Origin: Styela clava
Taxonomy: Eukaryota
Direction: 5' to 3'
NCBI RefSeq assembly: GCF_964204865.1
Contig: NC_135254.1
Coordinates: forward strand, 11,470,001-11,534,000
DNA length: 64,000 bases
Shown here: positions 49,214 through 63,808 of the stretch, one piece after another
Layout: each line of letters opens with the position of its first letter
How positions within the stretch are numbered: position 1 is the stretch's first letter
Made by a program: the position numbers and the translations under genes
Notes under the pieces: model-generated
Database searches by the model: none
Told to the model about the DNA's origin: nothing
What the model saw: only the letters and a program-made list of their open reading frames with translations

Positions 49214-52200
49214 ATGCTTGCAGATAAGAAGTATTCGGATCACAACGTTTTTCTTTATACCACAGATCAATCGGAGTATTTGAAACCTTGCTTGAAAACA
49301 TCAAGTAGAGTTAAGTCAATGGTGAGCTATGGAGTGGAATTTATTTTATATATATTTTATTAACATGATTATTCAAGGTTCTTATCTCTTATGTACAAGT
49401 GAGGTATTGGTTGAACACATGGCCTGTGGGCTAAATGCGGACCACAAAAAAAATTATGTGGCCCCCAGAGAAGTGCCAAACGAGTTTTGGATTTGACTCA
49501 ATCTGGTACTTGCGAGTAATTCCAATCCCTTTGCATTGAAAACCTATATACCTATATCTGAGTCCAATTTATTATCTGCGCCTATCTATTTGTAACTGGC
49601 CCTATATTAAAGGTTGCACGCCCTTGGGTTAGAGCGTTGGATTTAACTATGTTGCACAACTCTTAAATCTTGGGTTTGAATCCCATGCCTACCACCTACC
49701 CAGTGTGCTATAAACTGAACAGGAAATGACAAATGTGGAAAATTCCAGTTTTTTTTAAAAATACAGTAGCCTTCACTTATCATTGGCTGCTTGTACAAAG
49801 TAAAATCGTTGTATTTATGAAATGATTTTTTCATTTTTCAGCAAGCTTCAAGTAGTTTGAGGCAGCCACCATTGAAAGGTCAAAAATGCAGAATAGTTAC
49901 ACCAAACAAAAGTGTGGGCCATTCAGTTGCGTCGTATGAACCATTCATTCAATATCATGAAGCATATGATCCATTTCAGACTTCTGGAAAAGGTATCCTT
50001 TATTATATTTATAACAAAACACTGATTTTAGGCTTATAATAACAATATAATATTAATAATATTAATACCAAAGCATAACAATTTTTGCATATGTCAATCC
50101 TAACCTGCACCTGACTGCGTTATTCAAAAATTACATCACAGTGATGTAATAAAGCCCTTCAAACTATACGAACTGTCATCCAAGACGAGTAGACGATCAC
50201 CTGAAATCGAGCAAGTTATTCTCTCATTTTCTCTTCGCAACGATCAAGATATGAGAGAGATCGCTATATAGTTACCGGTAGTTCAAAATATCAATCAGCT
50301 CTTGATTAACAATTTTACAATAAACAGGTGAGAATTATGCTGACAACAACAGTTCATCTCTCCTGGAGAGACATATTGCACAAGCTACTGTTTTAAATGA
50401 TACATCTGCATTAAAGACCCAAACACATAAGAGCAAGAAAATTTCTGAAGTTAAGACTGCTGGTATCTCGACAACTGTTGTTCATTTGGATCCAACGGAG
50501 GTTTCGAAAATTATAATTTTTTTTCAATTTTTGCATCAGCATAATATTGTGACAAGTTTTGTGAGCTGATACTCTCCTTTAAGCAGCACAATATCCATCC
50601 ATTTGTTTCTGCTTTTTTTTAATCTATACTGACACAGAACAACTTGTGTTGTTCCAATATAATTATGATTTATAAAATCACATTGGGATGTTTTTTTTTC
50701 CTGAGTCTCTTTATAAAAATTTATGAATACCGCTATCCATAATTCAATTAAAATATATTTTACTCAGTTGAAGATGCTTTTCTTTGTCTAAGCTCAGTTT
50801 TTTCAAAATATTTGCTTAATAGGATACTTTGTATAGCGGCCATTGTTTGAAATTTAGACTGTTTAAAGTTGGTAACTCAATAATATTCAAAATTAAGGTA
50901 AAGGATGTAAACCTGAGGAAGATTTATTTTTCAGCTTATTCTTAAGATCTCATTGCTGATAACAACCTTTAAAAAATGCGCTAACAGCTAAACTATTGAT
51001 GTATACAATATTGGGCTACTACGTTTTTTTAGCAAAATTTCAATTTTATTTTATCTAATAATATTAGGTATACAAGCATTTACAAAGAGAAGATGCTAGA
51101 AAACTGGACAATCCGATTTCCAATTCTGGTAAGATTCTAGCATTGATTAGTACCGACTGTAAATGTCACTCGGAATTAGGTTGGTTTGAAATGAAAAAGT
51201 GTGCAATACTCTTAGTTGCTGTACAGACTCAGGTGCACCACTGTATTGGTAGTAACTTATCGATAATAATACCTGGTAATAACTTTTTATAGTCTTCAAT
51301 AACATCAATCAATCTTACTTTCAGATTTCTGACATTTATCACATAACATTTATTACACTGATTCATGTGTAAATGGAATAAACTTTATTTACTATCAAGT
51401 GTCTTTAGACTCTTTACTCATATAGAATTATTTATGCATATTAGCACTGTAATGATTTGTAGGCTACTTGAAATACCAAATTTTTCAGTTGCAAGTTTAG
51501 GTCTCTTTTAAATTAAGACATGCTTTTATGTTTTACCTATTAAGATCTTCAGTTTAGCGCAGTGGTCAGCAAACTTTATGTCCCTTGGGCCAAATATGCA
51601 AATTATGCATGTGGCCACATTAATTTTCGTCCATGCACAATTGCTACATTAAACTTCAAATTGTGAAGCACCCGCAAACTCCTATTTCAGTGTTAATTAC
51701 AGCTAATGGGTAGGCACGTTTGGTGAGTGGATAACAAACAAATTACATGTGCTTTCGCTTACGCTAATTACTACAAAACAAACATCAGACCACAACCATT
51801 GACATGACAAACATCCATGTGCAAATAATAATAAATTTATGAGCATTTTTTGTTTTTATGAATTGAGAGTAAAGTTTTTCGAGGGTTACAAAATATGTTC
51901 TGTGGACCGTAGTTAGCAGATCGCTAGTTTAGCGTGTGTGTGGGATTTATTACCTCAGCTAGTGTCTGATCATATCAAATTGAACTGTTTCAAATCTTAG
52001 TTTTCTGTAGTTCCAGTAACACTTTCTGACCTTTTAGTAGTCGGCGTAATATTATTCAGTGACCAGTCTCCTTCCCTCCTTGCTTTGAACAAATTTGTGT
52101 AAAATATAAAACCGTTACTCTTAATTTTATTTCTTCTTTCGTCTTAATTTATATGTCTGTTTTAAGGTTTTGGACAGCCTTTTTCTACTAAGTTTCTAAC

Positions 52201-55200
52201 TTCACCTGATGCACCATATAAGAGAATTGATCTCGTCAAACAAAGAAAAAAAATGGAACAAAATTCAATGGCACTGTTGCGACTGAAAGAAAAAATTCAA
52301 AGACAGAAACAAAGGTTGGTTAAATGATGGTTGGTATTAAAAAAGATTTTACTTTGTGTGAATGTTTGAAACTCATACTTTAAAAGCCTGTATAAATTAT
52401 GCTTTATTTATTAAAAAGCATAATGTAATTGCTGGAAAGTGCAAAGGATACAAATATTCGGAACATTTACTACTAACTACTTGTACTAAGACACAATGTG
52501 AACATGATTACCTTTACTTAAATTTTTTTTTATTTTTTTTCAATTGATTGTGTCTTATCCATTTGATAGTCAAACTAAAAATAGAAGCTTACTATCATTT
52601 AATTTCATCAAAGTTGAAAATAGTAGACAATTATAACATTAATAATAACATAACATGTGCTGTCTGTTGGGCAAATTTGGAATTCTTATCAATTTTTTTT
52701 AGGAATTTTGTATGATAGTTATTTATTCAGTTGTGATTATTTCTGTAATCAATTGTCATCCAGTGTTTGATTATTGCAATAATATTCTTGCTTCAAATTT
52801 TAGATCTCCTTCCGTAGATGGTTCTCGAAAAGCAGAAGGTTTCAGTCCTACTAATCAAGTTTTTTTGAGGCCTAGTACAGAAAGAAATCATGATAATCAT
52901 ATTATACGGAAGACTGCGGTTGGACCTGTTGCTCCTAAATACAAGGTACCCGTATATTTGATTCCTCATTTTCTTTCATGGCCTTTTGTTAGCATGAGCT
53001 TATGTATATTATAATCACAGAATATTTATGGTGATGTAAGTATAGGATTGTGTTACCTCTGTCTATGTTTTATATATTCAATTCGCCAGTCAAAGGAATT
53101 TAATTTAATACTGGAACTGGTTACATCAGCCAGTCATCAAATTTGTTCATTTATTCGCACATAAGAGTGATTACAATTTTATGCGTGTTATTCTGAAAGG
53201 CTTAATTTGTTCTTAAAATCATCAAGTTTGGCAATGTGAAGTATTATCAGACACATCCAAATATTTATATTTTGCATATAAATTTTTCTGTACAACACAC
53301 AACTACATGACTAGAAAATTTTTATGAAATACTTTTTTGTAGCTCTGGAAGTTACAATATCCTGATTTTTTTCAAATTGTTTTTAGGGATTCAGCACTAC
53401 AGAAACAAGGATTCAGACTCCTGATGGTAAAGTATGGAAAGGTGGAGACGCAGCTGCAGTCAGATCTTATCATCCAATGAAAAAGCCTAAAGGTATTGTT
53501 AAATTTGTGCTTTACAGTAGGTCTGTTTAGTCTGCCAAAATTCACAATCGATTCCAGGATAACAAATTTTGACTCCAGCTTCTAACTATAAGAAAGTAGA
53601 ATATTGTTCTTCTTCAAGTTGTTTGCATTGTCCTTATTCTGTTCACTTGTTTATATCTATTTCAATTTTGTTGCAGCTGTGTCCTCTTTATTTGAAAGTA
53701 AACAAGCCAGTAAAGTTCATGCAGCATCCAATTCTAGAAAAAATAGAAGTAAAAGCGCGAATCCTATAAGAAAAACTGGTGAGCTCTTTTCATTTATTTT
53801 GACTATCGTTCTAGTAGTATATTTGTTAACACATTTCTAACTTTTTCTATGCTCTTGCTCAGGTAAAGTAAGACTCGATCATCCCACTCATAAGAAAAGT
53901 ATGATCACTCCATCTTCTTGGAGAGAAGGTAGAAGAGTTGCAGAATCTATTCTTGGACCTCCTCCAAAACAACCAAAAAGGATTGTAGCAACAGACGTAA
54001 CAAAATCTGATCAGAACAAAGAGTTACCATCTAAACCTGACCCACTGTTATCTGCAAAACCCAATCAAGGTATTGGTTATAATATGATTTCTGATTGAAG
54101 TTTGGCAGTTGCTGTATATTATCCTCGCATATAGACTGACCATCTGAAAACGCCTTCAAAACACACAAGCAGTCTTGTTTATGACAACCAATCACAGACT
54201 CTTATCACTGTCATAGCTTACCAACGCGTGTGTGTGGTTGCTCGAATCCTGAGAACTTCGTTCGCATGGTTCGAGTTGTAGCTGTTGGAAGTTATTATTA
54301 AGTTATCCTGATGTCATTTCGATATAGTATGATCAAAGTTATGCGCATATAAGCTGAATTTTTAGTGTGACCAGAGCAATGTGTGTATAAGACGAATCTT
54401 TAATGCTGTCAAAGTTATGTCGACTAGAGATGTACCGATGTATCGGTATCGGGTATCGGTATCGGCAATATCGGCCATTTTTTCGGTATCGGCCATGTAT
54501 CGGTATCGGTTAGATTAAGGCCGATATTACCGATATATTTACCTTTTTGATATGGTCCAGAATGTTTTAAAAGATAAGTTGGAATACTACTTTTTGATTT
54601 ATTTTTGTCTGGAGAGATCGTGAGCTATGAGCCATACATGTCCCCACCCCTGCGAGAGAATAGGATTCACGTGTTTTTAGCTATTTATCAGCTAAACTAG
54701 CTCAACTAATTTGGCTATTTTCACTGTCAAATTTTTATATTGACATTTTTAATATTACATAGTTTTTATGAAGAAATATATCAACACAGCACATAACAAA
54801 AAGCAACTAGGCGCCCAGTTTTAAATCATACAGTGGAATTGGGGTCCTTCCTTATTAACGGCACATGGACTTTTGGCACGGGTATAAATTCTGACTGTTT
54901 GTCGTCAAGTACGAGTGTCATTTAGTCCGTCGACATCGATAAACTAAATTCCGACAGAATTATCCCACTACACAGGTATTAATTTTAATTCTGCTTAACT
55001 ACACGATTTCTTTATAGATATATTGACTTGACCGCCTAGCCCTAGACTGTCTCAAAATATATGATAGCAATTGTAAAATATTATAAAATAGTGAAGTAAA
55101 AAAACATCCTCAACGGTTATCGGTGGGCCTTCTTGGTGTTGATTGATATTCTTTCATGTTGGCTTTGACTTATTGCGTCGACGATTACGATTAGCCACTA

Positions 55201-58200
55201 AATTAAATATTTGTAAAATGCTTTTAATTTGAACGTAGGACGGCGGCGCTAGAATGTGTGGGTGATATTCGATATTCTTTTAAACACGAATAACGATATT
55301 CGAAGCTCGCGATATTAACATTAAATTCAAATTGGAGATCCCGGCTTATGAGTTTTCTAATTGAACACCGAGATTACTAGCGTTGCTGTACAATGTATCT
55401 TAATCAGTTACAGCATATGGATACCAAACATTAATTTCATATTATGTGATATATATATATTTTTTTTCGATCTGAAATAATGTGTACTATGAACAACGCT
55501 TAAAGACCATTGTTTTAACCCGTCTTCCCTACACAGCATACCTAATTAAGTAATAATTACATAGTATCGGTATCGGAATATCGGTAATATCGGCCTTTTT
55601 GTAGTATCGGCGTATCGGTATCGGTATCGGCGTTTTTAGCTGGTATCGGATCGGTATCGGTATCGGCGACAAAAGTGGTATCGGTACATCTCTAATGTCG
55701 ACGCCTTAGTTTGGCAACTTTTTTTCTGATTTTTTAACTTAGCTTAAATGCAGATATACGGTACTTTGCAGTATATCTAACATACCATTATGTAAAATTC
55801 ATAAAATTTTAATTTTCAGGATTTCGATGGTCTTCTTTATTATATTCTTGCATCGTAGAGTATTAAAAATCTACAATACGAATCCCATGCTCTTTATTTG
55901 CTCCACCCAAGGTGTGATTCCTATATCATTTTGCCAACAAATGTCAAAAAATGTTCTGATATTTAGATCATAAACTTTTTATATTCGATTTACTTAAGAC
56001 ACATTTATTGATTAAATATTCCCCAAATATATGAATGTATGTGACATTTATTATTACATTTGAGATTGATAACAAATGTATAATAGTTCATGTATAAAAT
56101 TGTATAAAAAAATTACGCAGGACATATTCTCAATATGTATCAAGAATTTAGATCAAACAACGGACAGGTAGTTCAAACTTTTCAAACAACAATAAACACA
56201 ATGTAATAAAAACTTCCATTCACTATTGGCTTTGGCATATCTGTTTATTCCAACTACAATAATCCTTAATAGACTTACAGACAGATGAATAATTCTGCTT
56301 AAAACTATGATGATAAGCAATGTTTTCAATTGTGCTGTGAAACTTGCGGATTTTGAATAAAAAAGATCTGTCAAATAATAGATCAAAATTCTGACAGACA
56401 GGATATGGTTTCTATTTGAGTTGTAAATTATATCGATGTTCCATTTTAAAAAGACTTATAAACCCAGGTATTTATTTTCAATAACCTTTGGTGATATTTT
56501 GTAATAAAAGGTTAAAGAAAAGTTTATGAACCAATGTGTTTTAGAAGTTCTACTTTTGAAATTTTTTCTCTATTTGGGAATTTTCCTATTGATCTACTTA
56601 TTACCTATCACGATGGTGTTTTCTATTTTTATTACTACTGTTCCTTTACCGGCTCATGTTGACTAACATGCAATTTTTTTTATACAGCATTTTCTTGCCT
56701 TCACCCTGTACAAGGCTCTGTGTAAGCAGTCATTATTATGTATAAAGCTTCTTTTCTGGAGTAGGCTACTGGAATCTTTTTTCTTTAAATATAACCAACC
56801 CAATGAACTGGGGGCTTAGAGTTTGAACTAGAGATACTCACTCAAAATGCAATGCTGAAGTAGTTAGTTTCAGCGCTTTCAACTATTAGGCCACAGGTTC
56901 TCAACAGGTAGGCCGTGGACCATTGCTGGAACACAGAAATATTTTTAAGTGGGCCACAAATCTATTAAAAATTGATTGACACATTGAGGTATTAATAAAT
57001 TAGTTGAATTTTATTGTATTAGAAATGAATGACGATGCTGTTTTTTGCTACTAAATGGTAGTTTTTATTTGAATTATTAAAGTTGGAAGTGCCTATAATT
57101 TTTGAGAAGAATTTTTTGTTTTTGTTGTAGTTTTTCCCTTGCATGAAAAAGTTATTGAGCCACAGAATTTTTTTGTACAACGAACGTGGGCCACAAGATA
57201 AAAAAGGTTGAAAACTACTCTGCAAGCATTTCATGGTTTAGGTGTAGGTCTTGACAATCCAGTGATTTATGACTAAACTACTTGTTACCTGATTGTTTGC
57301 TTTTCATAATCCAACCTATTTTTCTTTCAGAAAAATTGTCAACGATTGCTCGTGGAGTGTTGAATGATCTTGGTCTTGGTTCGGAAGATGAAGCTGACAA
57401 TAAAAAATTTGATTTGAGCAGAAGACAAAGGGAAGCAGACAGATCAAGAAGACCAAAGAAACATCAACCAACAAAAGGTAAAAATTGAAAATTTTGAAAC
57501 ATTTGTTATAATAGTTCATCTGTGATGTCCAAACAAATCGAATATTCAAATCCATTCTGAATTAATCATAATCAAATATGATATAAGAAATAATTTAAAA
57601 TAGTTTAACAATATAACATTTCAAGGTTTTAACGATTGAAGCCTCACAGTACTTTCAAACACCTTTCTTATATTTCTGAAAACTAAAAAAAAAATTAGGG
57701 AGCCAACCAACAAATTCACTTCTATCAATCTTTCCATGCTTACTGCATATCCAAATTCAATCTCATTGCATATTTTCCACATTTTCTCTGTTGAACATGA
57801 CTCACTAGATTAGACTACATTCAATATTCCATATTTGAAAATAATATTTTAGAATGTATCCACGAATAGTAGTTTCTGGTTTCCATTCATGGCTTTGATT
57901 GTAACTCACTTTAGTATTTGATTCTTTAGTATTTGAGATATTTGAAGAGTGATACTTTTTTGGTATTATTACAAATAAAAAATTATTTTATGCAAACTGA
58001 ACTTGAAATTATCTAAAAGCAATTTTTTTTAGAATTCACACATTTCTTGTATTATTCAGCACTGTGCATTGAAATCTTTCCTCATAATTTAAGCCCATTT
58101 CGATTATTGTTAACCTAAATTAATTGCAAGACATGGAATAAATTACAGAGAAATTTTATTATAACGTTCATTGTTTTCTTTTAGTTTCAGGTGATTCCAA

Positions 58201-61200
58201 GATTAAAATGGAAAAAACTAGACATTATGATCAAAGTGAGGTAAGTGGAGTTATTATGTTTTTATACTGTCTTTACGAAATTGCTGGTTTTTATAATTCA
58301 TTGGCATATATTCATATGGCAGTTGGCACAATACTTTTTTATATTTGACTTTTGCTATCATTGCAGCAGTCATCCCACTTCTTGTTCATGTATATGAAAA
58401 TCACTTTCTTGTTAATGCCAAAATTTTTGTTTTGCAGGTGCAACAATATATTGCAAAACAGAAAGCAGATCGCAAAAGAAAACAAAGTCAAGAAAGGAAA
58501 GCAAACAAAGATGCCTATGAAAAGAAACAAAAGCAATTGGATGAATTGTATCGGAAGCAAAAGGAAGCTGCATCTGCTAAGAGGAAACTAATGGCTTCTG
58601 GAGGTAATTTGTTTGATATTAATTTTAGTGAATAAAATATGACGTGATGGAAAGATTGAATGGCAAACCATAAACATTGTCTAAGGTGGTGGTTAGGTAA
58701 CAACAGCCAAGGGCCTTGTGCAGTATGTAAAGAGATAGTTACTCATTGCGCCATATACTTTTCTCGGTTAGGTGCTTTGAAATATTTTTGTAATGTTTGA
58801 CACTATTTCTGCTGGGTGTTATATGAAAAAGAGAATTGATTGTTGTCTTGTTGGATTTTTAACATTTTGTAATAAAATAATGCAAGCTTACATGAAATAA
58901 ATCGACACTATAAAATGTTTGAATTTGCTGCCATTTTAAAGTTGGGTTATATTGGCAAATTAAGTAACAAGTGTTTATTGGAGGGCGACCATTTTCTACT
59001 GTGATCAGAAGTTAAGTAAATCTCTGATTACCAGGCATCCGAGGCTCAAAAAACTTTTTTTTATATTAAAATATTCTCAATTATTCCCTAAATCCCAAAT
59101 TCGATATATTGGACATTCCAAGGTATAATAAAATCATATCAACAGTTTATTTTTTAGTTCCCTTTGAAATATCTATTCCACATTTAATAATACCTTTCAT
59201 GTTTTTTTGCTCTGCTCTGAAAACAGATATTCTTGATTTGGTTAGATAATATGGTATATTAAATTTGTCCAACAACAGGACTTAAATTTTCGGATGCAAA
59301 ATGTTTTTTTGCAGGTCAACTATCAAAACAACAATCAACACATGAACACGTTGCTGGTGATTGGGTTGTCAAAGAAGATGACAGTGACAAAGAAAACGAA
59401 GAAAATGAACAGAATGTACAAGGGTATCATAAAATTTAGCTATTACATGAGATTTTTCACTCTGAGCAAGACTCTTTATTTAAAGAATATTTATTAATTT
59501 TTTAGGATTTTTATTTATAATTAAGTTAGCTATTATTCAGAATCAGATGATCAAAATTATGCAATGATATTCAGAGCAGTATTCTGGCATCTGGCAGTGA
59601 CATCCAGGGGTTGTTACTCAAATCTCAATAAAATTAACCATGAATACCAGTGTTCAACAAATTGTTGATCAGAGTTAATTTTCATTTTTGCATTACTGGT
59701 AGCTTAGTCTGTTGATTTGATCTGGCAATTTCAATAATACTATACCATCGTTAACATTTATTGAACCTCTTATTTCAGACAATCTAAGTTTGACGAAAGA
59801 ATGTCAGCACTTATGGAAAAACTCGATCAATATCGACCAAGTACAACACAATCTACAAACTCATACAAAGTACCAAATAAAGAACCTGATAAACATTTCG
59901 AATACAATAACATTCCAAATTCCAATATGCCTAGTTCATCTAACACAGCTTCGGAATTTATGCAAAAACTCGACCAATATTTAAGAGATGATGTACCTGT
60001 TCCAATGTCACTTGGAACCAAATCGCGTTCGTTTGAAAACGCTCATCGTGAACCGGAAGTTCATGCCAACCTTACTATTGAAGATTTAGATACTCAGTTT
60101 TCTGGAAAAGGTACAAATGAAGTTGAAATTACCGATCCTCCTGACAATTTTGTTCCAAGATTACATGATCAAGGTATATTATATTGAATTGAAAAGCTCT
60201 TTTGCAAAATTGAATTATAAACTCCGAATTATCTGACACTTGTTTGGCAATAATAACTGTGACAATTTTTTGTGCAAAAAAGATCTTTTATTAAATGATT
60301 TGCTTTGTACCAGTGCTCTTCTGAGGTTTATAACGAAAAAATATCAGTTTTTGGTATTTTGTAATTGTCATTCTAGGAGATACCTAGATACTGTAATAAT
60401 ATCTCTACCCTTGATTTCTATACCGGAGTGTAGGATATTATCAGAATAAAAATCGTTGTTTCAGAGTACTGCGTTTACTTCACGAATCAGAAAACGTTAT
60501 ACATGTTATACACTGGGGGCAGGCCAGAGTGATATTGCTTCATAAAATCTTTTGTAAATGAGTGCTCGATTTTTCAATCATGATTGATTTAGATTATTTC
60601 ATTAATTGCCTCCCTTCAGGAGTATGCTTACTGAAAAGTTTACTTCATATTAGCCAGAAAAAATTTAATGTTGTTATTGGGATATTTTTTCAACTACCCG
60701 TTTGATGTCACAGAATCCTATTTACACTTTTTTACTAAATTAAAAAATGTGCCAATCTAAATTCTAAATAACATTTTGTTCAACCCTTTATCCCTTCCTG
60801 GACTTGTTAAATGACTTCCATACTTTGTGAGGGATACTGAAAACTAAATTTTTTTTTCAGGTTTAAAACAGAGATTACGCTGTGAAAAAATAGCAGCTTT
60901 AAAAGCAAAAGCTGAGTCACTTCAGGAAAGGATAAATGTGGAATCGAAACGATTAGTGGAACAACCTTTTGTGCCGGTGAAAACAAGTCTTCAAGATGTT
61001 GATGCCATATTAAGAAGATCTCCTCGTTATCCCTCTATACCTCCTACAAATGCATGGTCACCAGAAAGAATGTAGGCTTTTTTAAAAGTTTATTCTTTAA
61101 ATAATCAATAATGAATATTTTTATGGTATGAAAACAGTAAGATCTTCCGTATTTGTCAAGTTTTGATCGCACTTTTCACAAGACATTGAAACAACTCCGA

Positions 61201-63808
61201 TAGATTTGTGGACTATAAAAGATATCAGTTTGCATGCCACACCATGTTAAAGAGATCTCTAAAATCGGAAATCATGTTTTTTGAATAATTACATTACGCA
61301 ATGCTAAAATTATTAAAAAAGCACCTTATATTATGGTTGTGATGTTTATCTGTGCATGTTCATGTGAGCTTTTCGCTCATTTTTGATATCATTGTGGGCA
61401 TCGTTTCACTTGTGGCTACGCTTTCTAAAATTGGGGGGTCCTCACTCTAAATCAGTTTGACCCACTAGAACAGTGGTTCTCAAAAGCAGCGCCCCCTTTT
61501 CAGAATTTGTCAGGTCTCGCGCCCCACCTCAAAAATAACTAGCTTAATAAAATAAGCTACAAATAACAGATAGTAAGGCGAAATTATGTTTTTTTTTTCA
61601 AAAAGCATGTTGAAAATATGTGTACATAATAAAGAAATGTATATATCCAAACCAAGGCAGGCAAGATCAAATCTAAGAAATATTTTTATTTTCAATCAGC
61701 TTCACGGCTCCTCAAAAAATTGTTTATGCTCCCCCACCGTTTGAGAGCCACTGCTTTAGAAGCTCCATTTGAAATGCACATCAAGAATTCTCTTATTGGT
61801 GCTACACCTTTCAATACTTTATTTCAGTGGTTCCAGTTCTATTCCAGTCAGCAGCATCCATATTGGAGTTGATGTTCCTGACAGTCCATTTCGTAAAGAA
61901 CATTTTCAAGAAGTAGAGCTTCCGGGTGTATCTGATCTTCATAGGCATGTTGATTCTGTGCAAAAACAGAAATCTGAAAATGAAGCAACATTGTTTAAAA
62001 TTAATTCAGAATTTAGAAGCAAAAGTCCAATAAGGTAACATTCCTGTAAATTGAAGTTTCATACATTTTTTATTTTATTTTCTCATCATATTAAGAGTAT
62101 CAAAAATTGAGATTGATTTTCTTGAATTTTCAATTTTTCGATTTTGATTATTTTATTTTGTGTAAGAAAGGACAATGGCTTTGGGCCTAATATATTGATA
62201 GAACTATATTTTTTCAGTTAACAGATATATTCTATTCTCTTTGCGATCTAACTACTATATCCAGGGTATACAAATTGTAAGACAATAATTCGGTAATACA
62301 GATCTTCCTGATGCCCCATTACTTCTCATCTAGTCCAGTTTTATTTTACAAGATATTTGGACATGCTTAACAAATGTTATCAATTTTTAGTTCTTTTCCT
62401 GATGAATGGAGGTTAACAACTGAAGGATTGCGAAATGATCGACCGCTGTCACCTTCAGCTGATCAGGAAGAACAGATAGCCAGCAGCAGTCAAAGTATGC
62501 ACTATGCAGTATATTGCAGTTCCATATAAATCATCTTGACGATGTGAAAATGCTGTATGGTTTACAAAGCAATTGAGCTGAATCTCTGATAACATGAAAT
62601 TATTAAGTTTCAAATATTTTTTTACAAAATATTTGATCCTTTTTGGACGATCATACTGCTAAGGAGCTGACTTGATTCAAGAATAAAGTTAAATGTCTAG
62701 AATGTAACATGTTGTATATTTCTCAAAAATTGATGAGCTATGAGGGTCTAACAGCTTGATTCACTTTTTCAGGTTCTTCCAGATCTTCAAAAAGTGATTT
62801 ATCCCAAGAACGTAACACTCCTCTAAAGCTACGTTCTGTGGAAGAAATTCTGAAAGAAATGAAAAGTAAAGAATATGCAGTATCTGATCCTCAACCACTT
62901 CCATTTGAAGAAAAAGAAATTCAATCGAATATTTTCGGATCAACTTCAAGAAAAAATGAACATGACTTGTTAACAGGTGGGCAAGTCAATTTGTGAAAAA
63001 GCGTGAATGTATATCAAGATTTGATTATTTTAGGCATACTTGTAAAGCTATAGAATTCATGCGTTTGTGAAAAAGAATGAATTCTATAGCTTTACAGGGA
63101 TGTTTAAAATAATCAAATCATGATGATGATATACATCAGTTATATTTAGCATATCATCTAATGCAATAATTTGAATATTTTTATCTGGAAAAAAGGTGTG
63201 CTCACTTACCAGTGTCGTCTAATAACCAGGCTTAGATGACTTGGCTATTCCTTTTCTATTTTTCATATTTATTTGGGAATCCATTGTTTTAGCTCTATCT
63301 ACATTTTGCCAATTTTTGAAAATTGTGCGACAGTGTGGCTTTTTAGCTGATGAATTTTTGCGAACGAACGTCATATTTTCATGATGGTAGTCCAGTCGCA
63401 AGTGATCATGTGTATGACAACCATCATTTTGAGTTTTAATCTCGGCTCATGTTTTGAGGATGGTACGAGGATGATATGGTTTATTCTTATTTACGCTTTC
63501 ATGTCTATGATAAATATTTTGCACAGATCTTTTACACTTATTGGAGTAACATAACACATTAAATCATTTATTCTTAGATTTGAAAAGTTCTATCTTCCCT
63601 AAATCACCAACAACACCAGTTTCTCCTGTGAATAAAGATCAACCACCCTGGGAACGAACAGGAGGAGATAAATACAGTGTTGTTAATCTGTTTACAAGTA
63701 AATATCTCAAAGCTTTGAAGAGTAGTAACAAGGAAAAGAACAAAGATAAAGAAAGCAACGTTAGAGCTAAAGAAAGTGTACAATCTGTACCAGATACCTC
63801 TATGAAAA
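49214..63808 (+). CDS. CEP350: CEP350-like centrosomal protein, 5' part; 19 predicted exons starting at 49211, 49842, 50328, 51068, 52167, 52804, 53387, 53677, 53863, 57331, 58185/58191, 58438, 59315, 59779, 60861, 61828, 62391, 62773, 63578; continues past the window
   Basis: The spliced frame contains blocks I recognise from CEP350: RKTAVGPVAPKYK|GFSTTETRIQTPDGKVW, TPSSWREGRRVAESILGPPP, RGVLNDLGL, RHYDQSE|VQQYIAKQKADRKRKQ...ELYRKQKEA, SDKEN, KIAALKAKAESLQERINVESKRL. Intron phases are consistent. Confidence 0.88.
51560..51926. mobile_element. hAT MITE in a CEP350 intron
   Basis: CAGTGGTCAGCAAACT / AGTTAGCAGATCGCTA with perfect 8-bp TSD GTTTAGCG. Confidence 0.78.
54425..55694. mobile_element. 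Non-autonomous hAT (Ac-like) in a CEP350 intron
   Basis: TIRs TAGAGATGTACCGAT / ATCGGTACATCTCTA, perfect TSD ATGTCGAC, subterminal (TATCGG)n arrays. Confidence 0.92.
56892..57220. mobile_element. Degenerate hAT MITE
   Basis: CACAGGTTCTCAAC...GGCCGTGGACC and GTGGGCCAC...AAAAAGGTTGAAAACTACT. TSD unclear. Confidence 0.5.
61471..61753. mobile_element. hAT (Charlie-type) MITE
   Basis: CAGTGGTTCTCAAA / TTTGAGAGCCACTG, TSD CACTAGAA / CTTTAGAA. Confidence 0.75.
63004..63138 (+). repeat. Long inverted repeat (hairpin) in a CEP350 intron
   Basis: Arms 63013-63060 and 63077-63124, including a perfect 20-bp pair TGTAAAGCTATAGAATTCAT / ATGAATTCTATAGCTTTACA and a 16-nt loop. Confidence 0.85.

Noticed and set aside
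49625-49700. Weak tRNA/SINE-like remnant (similar one near 54220-54300)
   Set aside because: Too degenerate to assign, so excluded from SINE counts.
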